DNA of 64,000 nucleotides from the NCBI RefSeq assembly GCF_009914755.1, contig NC_060942.1. The stretch is one strand, 5' to 3'. The position numbers and the translations under genes are program-made. Under the pieces are notes generated by a model. The model did no database searches, was not told the DNA's origin, and saw only the letters and a list, made by a program, of their open reading frames with translations. This DNA comes from the human T2T-CHM13v2.0 reference genome, Homo sapiens. Shown here piece after piece: positions 55,268-64,000 of this stretch (its first letter is position 1; each line of letters starts with the position of its first letter).

Positions 55268-55530
55268 CTATAGCATAGTTTTTAAGAGCACAATCATTAC
55301 AATCAAAGAGACCTAGGCTTAAAGTATAGTTCCTCTGGTTACTAAGTATGGAATAATCAGAAGTAGACTGTATAGTGTTTTCCAGGTTTGATATTTTTCA
55401 GACTCAAAGGAGGATAATAATATAGGCCTCACAGGGATGTTGTGAATTTTAAAGAGATAATTATTTTAAGTGCTTACCTGAGTGAGAACCTGGCACTAAG
55501 TAATCATTGAATACACGGTTGCAGTATTAA
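55268..55530 (+). mobile_element. Near-full-length MIR (MIRb-like)
   Basis: gcatagtttttaagagcac...cctcacagggatgttgtgaa...cctggcact. Confidence 0.75.
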
Positions 55531-55781
55531 TCTAATTTTGTCATAATACTGACTTGGGCGTGACATGGACTGATTTACTGATCACCCTTAGACACTTTCT
55601 GGTTGATAATATAAGATGATTTCATCTCTGAAGTATTTCAAAAGTTAAAACCACAAACTCAGCCTTCTTTGTCAGAGCAAGAAGATTTCTTAATCCAGGA
55701 AAACTAATATGATATAATATGAACGTCATCATTACATGTAATGATGACTAAGCCTGTTAGTAAAATGTCTGGCTTTGCCTT

Positions 55782-56281
55782 ATGTTATGTTAATGACCTC
55801 CCATGAATCATGCCTCCCTAGTTCCATGCCCTTTTGCATCTTGACTTTGTCATTGTTCTCATCAAAAAGTGAAGTTTATTTATTATCCTCCCTTGACTCT
55901 ATGCTTTACCCATAACTTGCTTTGATAAATAGAATGGAGTAAAATGATATACAAAGTCTACAATCTAAGATTGAAGAAGCCATATAATTTCCTCTCCCAC
56001 CCTCTGAGAACACCATGTTGTGAAAGCCCACTCTAGCTTACTGGAGGTGAGAAGCCACCAGGAACAGAACCAAGGTGCTCAGCTGACATCTTACACCAAC
56101 TGGAAGCAAAGTGCCTGAGGCCACGTTGAATCCCTCAGTCCTGGTGGAAGAATGCAGCCATATAAGTGACACGAGAAAGATTAGCAAAGAACTGCCTATA
56201 TTGTGGAACACAGAATCTTAAAAAATAACAAGTCACTTAGTTTTGGGGTCATGCCTTTCACAGTCGTAGAAAATCACAACA
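55782..56281 (+). mobile_element. MLT1G/H-like LTR
   Basis: catgccctttt, acttgctttgataaatagaatg, aagtcacttagttttgggg. Confidence 0.75.
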
Positions 56282-56479
56282 AAATAAAGCAATCATGCTG
56301 TGCATGCTGAATGCTCTGTCTCTCTAATCAGTCATTCTGCATATAGACCACCTTTTCTGAGGGTGCAATCTGAATATAAAGTAGATAGAGTTTCCTGTCT
56401 TGACAACATAGACTGAAGACGAAAACTTCTCAAAGCTTAATTCCAAATTAATTTCTTCCAAGTTCATTTTATGTAGGTC

Positions 56480-57310
56480 CAACCAGTAATTTAAAATGTT
56501 TAATCTTATAGACATCTGGGTAAATATAGTTAAAACTCTATATTCTATCTTCTCTGTAATCTTACTACAAATAAAATGTAGTAAGATACTAAAAGAAAAC
56601 TCTATTTACCATATACTTGGAAACAAACCAAATTTCAAGCAATAATTTTTGCAAAATTGCTCTCAAATGCAGTGACACATGAAAAAATATGGAGAATGTG
56701 ACAATGGCGACCACACTTTGTCACAGGTTTTAAACAACATCCAAGCCAAATCTATGTGCAAAAAAGTAAATTTTAAAGAAGTGAAAGTTAACATAATAAA
56801 TAATTTTTCCATCTCAGCATGAAAAAGTCCATTCCTAAGCATAAAGACAACAGAAAACTATTATGTTAGCACTTGTCACTTGATTTCAAAAACTTCTAAT
56901 ACAAATATAGCAAAAAGAAAACTATGAAAATTAAAAGGCAAATGATAAATTGGGAAATATGTATAATGTTTGTGACATATGGATGTGCACAGAAGTTTAC
57001 AAATAAATATATATTATTAAAATAAAAAGTCAAGAAAACTAATGATCACCACAGGAAAGAGAAAATATAAATATCTAATAAAAACTTTATCAAATTTGTG
57101 ACCATGTTAGTTAAGTAAATAAGTAAAAATAAATAAATAAAACAAGAAAGAAACATATTAACTCTGCGTTTGATAAAAAATGGTGGAGAGTTAGAGAAGA
57201 TGGTGATGAATGTGATCCCCCAGGTGCATCATCCTCTTTTTGATAAAGCAATCTCTGGCATCTAAAATAGGATGTAAAATGGTGTAGCAGCTCAGGAAAA
57301 CAGTATGGTG
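56480..57310 (+). mobile_element. Decayed L1M ORF2 fragment
   Basis: aaaattaaaaggcaaatgataaattggg and ggatgtaaaatggtgtagc...ggaaaacagtatgg. Confidence 0.5.
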
Positions 57311-57904
57311 GCGAGATGGAGATCCTGAGGGTGACAATTACATTAAGTGGGTACTGATCCAGGTCAGGGAAGAGATATGGATATTATCATAACATGAACA
57401 GTTTATAGTCCACATGGCTTCATGCAAAGTCTCCTGATCACTTGGGAGTAAAAACTCCAGATGGCTGAGAGCACAATGTGAACACTAAGTCACCTGGGAG
57501 CAACTATCCTAGGATACTATATCTAAATCCAAGTTCTTACTTCTTTTGTCCAATGTCTAAACACCTCCACTTTTTATTTCTTATTAAATGGTCAGTGTAT
57601 AAAATGAACCTTAAAAAGGAGACAATGATTATTAGAAATGAACCAGTGTAAGGCCAATATATAGACACTCAACTTATTTTTTAATGAGAAAGGGCAATTG
57701 TATATACAGACAAACACATACATATGTGTCGCTATATATGTACACATACACACGTTGTGAATGCAAAGAAACTCGTATTCTGATAAATGAAATATTTTAA
57801 AAATGTAAGATAAGAGGAAACTAAGAAGGATCTGACAAATCCTCAAAAATGGAATAAAAAATAAAATATTTTAAGTACCAGAAAGAATAATAATAAATAC
57901 TGTA

Positions 57905-58910
57905 AAAAGAACACATAGAAATGGCAAACAGGTATGTTAAAGGATGCTCAGTATCATTGTCAAGGAAATGCAAATCAAAAGTACAATGAGATTATCACTT
58001 CCCAACTCTTAGTATGGCTGATAAACAAAAAAGCACAAAATATATTGACAAAGATGTGGGGGAAATTAGAATTTTTGTACACTATTGAAAATATAAACAG
58101 TGCAGCAGCTTAGGAAAACAGTATGGGGTTCCTCAGAAAATGAAAATTAGAACCACCATCTTGTCTATTTATCATTTTTATGGCTATACATTCAAAAGAA
58201 TTGATATCAGTCTTGAATTGATGTCTTGAAGCGATATTTCCACTCTCATATTCATGGCAAATATTATTCACAATAGCTAAGATACGGAAAAAGCTTATGT
58301 GTCCATAGACCCATAAATGCACAAAGAAAACATGTTCTATACAGACAGTGGAATATCACTCAGCCTTAAACAGGAAGGAAATCCTACCATTTGTGTCAAC
58401 ATGGATGAAACTTGCAGACATTTTGTTAAGTGAAATAAGTCAGTCACAGAACAAATACCATATGATCCCACTTATATGCAGTATCTAAAATAGTCAAAGT
58501 TATAGAAGCAGAAAATACAGCAGGGGTTGTCAGGGACGTTGCAGGAGGTGGGAGAAATGTGGAGCTGTTACTCAGTGGCTTCAACCAAATGTTGTCCAGT
58601 GAAACTTTATAGTTTTAATTTTGCTAAATAAATAAGTCCTAGAGACCTCATCTATAACATAGTGACTGGTTAACAATATGGTATAGTGCTTTTCAAAATT
58701 TGTTAAGAGAATAGATATCATGGTAGGCATTCTTATCACAAACAAAATCAAAGGGATACAAGGAAAGTTTAGGAGGTGTTGTTGTGTCTGTTACCTTCAT
58801 GGTGGTGATGGCATCATGAGTGTTTGCATATGCCCAAATTCATCTAATATAGACATCAAATATGTACAATTCATTGTATGTCAGTTATTCCTCAAAAAAA
58901 CTTTAAACAT
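57905..58910 (+). mobile_element. L1MB (MB1-3-like) 3' region
   Basis: ggaaatgcaaatcaaaa, aacatggatgaaacttg, taagtgaaataagtcagtcacag and atggtggtgatggcatcatg. Confidence 0.88.
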
Positions 58911-59231
58911 TCTGAAGGCTTAAAAAATGCAATCATGCATATAAAAGGCATATGCAAGAAAGGGAAGCCCAAGATATGAAAAAAGGCCAAGAGTTTTGAA
59001 TGATTAAATTAAAGCTAATAGTTATAGAGGGCTAAGGTGGCCAAATATCTAAATGAGAGAAGTAACTAAATAAGAGAAAATAAGGCAAAATAATATTAAT
59101 TAAAATATTTTTGTTATTATATATTTAAAGTGAACAGTTTCTTTTAACCTGTGCCAAATGCAATATTTTGTAACAACAGTTTCCCTTTACTTTTCAGTGA
59201 TGTGACAAAAAATAACAAGAGCACATTTTCT

Positions 59232-59245
59232 TTTCTTTCTTTCTT

Positions 59246-59288
<43 letters not shown>

Positions 59289-59563
59289 GAGATGGAGTCT
59301 TGCTGTGTTGCCAGGCTGGAGTGTGCAGTGGCGCGATCTCACTTCAACCTCTGCCTCCTGGGTTCAAACTATTCTCATGCCTAAGCACCTGAGTAGCTGG
59401 GATTACAGGCATGTGCCATCACACCCAGCTAATTTTTGTATTTTTGGTAAAGACATGGTTTCACCATGTTAGCCAGGATGGTCTCGATCTCCTGACCTCA
59501 TGATCCGTCTGCCTTGGCATCTCAAAGTGCTGGGATTACAGGTGTGAGCCACCGCACCCGGCC
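59232..59563 (-). mobile_element. AluSc-like
   Basis: gttgccaggctgg (Sc-type deletion) and ggatggtctcgatctcc. TSD core cacattttct. Confidence 0.94.
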
Positions 59564-61398
59564 ACACACACATTTTCTGAAACCTTATGTCTTTGCTCTT
59601 GTACCACTACTTGTACATTGTCTCACTGTGATTTTATTTCCTTTCCAAATTCCCTGTATTTTTTGGCTACTGCTACGTAGATGATTAACACATCATCTCA
59701 TTGATGTTACTTCAAATTATGACTCAATTCTGTTGTAATAATTTGATGATAGAAATTCCCTTGTGCTCCTTATTCCCTAGTTAAATATATTGCTTATCAA
59801 TATAGCTTTTCCTTTGTGCTGCACCTGTTGTTTTCCATGCAGCCAATCACAGAGTAGGTAATTTATTTATTCAGTTTCCTTCTTATATAGCACTATCAAT
59901 TTCCAATTTTGATATATATGAGTGTGTTAGATAATTAAGATCTCTTTGTCTCAGAATTCTTGTTCATCTACACACAAATAATTCTTATACTACCAGGCTC
60001 TTATGAAAATTAAATAATAATGTACGTGCAATGGCATATATAACAAGTACTGGAAAGAACTTTGCTATCATTTATTATAAATCTGAGATTTAGAGAAAAG
60101 TGTATTTGAGATACAGAGTTTATGTTGTAATTTTCAACTTTCTACATCAGACAGTACAGATATTAAAGGGTCACATATCCATCAATCCTCAATCCAGAAA
60201 CTCAGAACCAAATTGTTAAGCAGAATACTCCTGGGTAGAGTGAGAATCTGGGTTTCCCTGAATATAGCATATTGTTTAGATTTGACTTGGTAACATAAAA
60301 ATCTTTTAAACAATATAAAACAAATTGTATAAAATTTTTCCAGAATCAAGGTCTACAAATCTACACAAAATAGAATAAACTGTCTTAATTATACAGGCAC
60401 ACACACAAATGAGATGATACAATATTTGAAATTTGTTTCAAAATTCAAAATAATACATTGATGGTGGGGAGGGTTAGTGAAAGAGTGATATAACAAAAAG
60501 AATTGGCCCTGAGTTGATGACTATCATATTTATACACTTGCATAGTCACATAAATGATAATTATGCAATGAAAATGCAATAGTTAGTGTTCCTTTTTTTA
60601 TCCTTTCAAAAACAGTGGTAATCATATGACCTTCCTATCTTCTTGATAGTTTTCTTGTTTATGTTGCATCATATTAACAGCACTTTAAATTTATTTTTTA
60701 ATGGATCAGCATTTATGGTCAGTCTCTCCTGCTGCCTTTCCTTGTTTTTCTTTTTTTCTGTGTCTTTCAGAGATATTTCATTCAGTTATGAAGCTTTATG
60801 TTATCACCTCATGGATACTCTGTTTCCTGCATTTCTGTTTCTGGGTGATAGCTTTCTTAGTGGCTCCTGTGTGGAACAAGTCCTTTGTATTCCGGTTTAT
60901 AATTGGCTCCCCGGCCACATTGTTTCTCTCCAGAGTATTTTTTAAAGTGTTGTGAATTTCTTAACTTTTTTCTGAAGCTTCACCACACACTCTTCCTTTC
61001 TGATCCTTTCAGCTTACTGTCTTTATGAAATAAAGTTATGAAAGAAAAATATCCCTCCAGGCATTATAATGTTTTTACCCTGAATACAATGCTTATGTAG
61101 GCTGTGATTTTTTTTAAGCAGAAGGTGGGTCTCATGACCATTCTGAATTCATGATAGATTTTTATTTGCTTCATGAGAGATCTAATTTAAACTATACTTC
61201 TACACACACATTTATGGCTCAGAATTTTAATATTATATATATATATAGCATCAAAATTTATCACTTTCATAATCTATACAATTCAAGAGAAATCATGGAA
61301 GGGTCATGATTCATTTTCACAAGTACCAGTGAATAGTGTACACATATCTTTTGTTTCATTCTTATGTCCAGAACCTTGCAGGCTCTAGAAAATACTTC

Positions 61399-61717
<319 letters not shown>

Positions 61718-62527
61718 TGAAAACATTTTTTCATTAGTTTTTTTTTTCTCATTTAACTAAATGTTTGCCTCAGTCACAGAGCATCTGATACCCCATTTTA
61801 AATGGGAAAATATTATAATTTGTAAAATGAGGAATTTGAACCACTTGCTATTTGAAGATGAACACAAACATCCTCCTATTACCCATTGCAATCTTGATAA
61901 TGCTTGAATACATTATTAACAAGTGAGCTTTCAGGGAAAATAGTTCCAAACTAGGGTGAAAATATGATCTGGATATCACACCCAGTCTTAAGCCCCATAC
62001 AGTTGAAGGAATGTCTGCAGGAAGTAGAGGTCAGAAATCTGTATCTTATTAAGATCCTCAAATGATTCTTTGTACATGCAAAAACTGCCTGTGAACAACA
62101 TATATTTTCAGTATTAAGGCTACTTTTCCCAACATTTTCAAAGCCAAGAAATCTCATGCATCAATTTCCTTGAGGAAAAATTTTCCACCTGCTATGTTTT
62201 ATTTTTTCCCCTTGATTGACCTTTATGAAATATTAAAAATATGGTATTCTCCTAACTACATCTGTCAAAGGAGTTTAGGACCGCCCCCAGTGTATATCCT
62301 AATTCCATAATATATATTTTATTCTGATTATTAAATTTTATCCTTCAGAATATTTGGATAGTAAAGCAAAGTAAATATGAAACTGAAAGAGACCAAAATA
62401 AATGCTGAACATATGTGCTTCTCTTTTGACTCTATGTATTCTATGTATTCATATCTATATAGCATTTACAATACAATTTACATCATACATTTATTTTTTC
62501 TTAAAATTCTAAATTTATTACTTGATA

Positions 62528-64000
<1,473 letters not shown>

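Noticed and set aside
60643-60955. Overlapping 100-aa and 84-aa hydrophobic ORFs with a strong acceptor at 60770
   Set aside because: T-rich composition explains the lack of stops. There is no good donor and the peptide is unrecognisable.

Overview
This is AT-rich, CpG-poor primate genomic DNA, probably human or great ape, since it carries AluY, L1PA3/4, THE1 and MADE1. It reads as deep intron or gene desert. I can support no protein-coding gene, RNA gene or CpG island. The ORF track consists of Alu and low-complexity artefacts plus decayed L1 ORF2 fragments. A large part of the window is interspersed repeat: 16 Alu/FLAM pieces (13 on the minus strand), L1PA/MA/MB/MC/ME fragments, MaLR and ERV1 LTRs, degraded ERV internal sequence, Tigger2, MADE1, MER5 and MIR. 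I found no new biological system. The most notable items are small: a mosaic local duplication at 12.85-15.5 kb beside candidate exons, two convergent candidate micro-exons sharing a palindromic GTAAGTACTTAC donor, and a twin-primed (5'-inverted) L1PA. Others are a miR-548-type MADE1 hairpin, an AluY with unusual CpG retention, fold-back and slippage mutations inside Alus, a perfect 24-bp palindrome and a CpG-decayed MITE-like palindrome. Repeat subfamily calls come from remembered consensus sequences, not from a RepeatMasker run.
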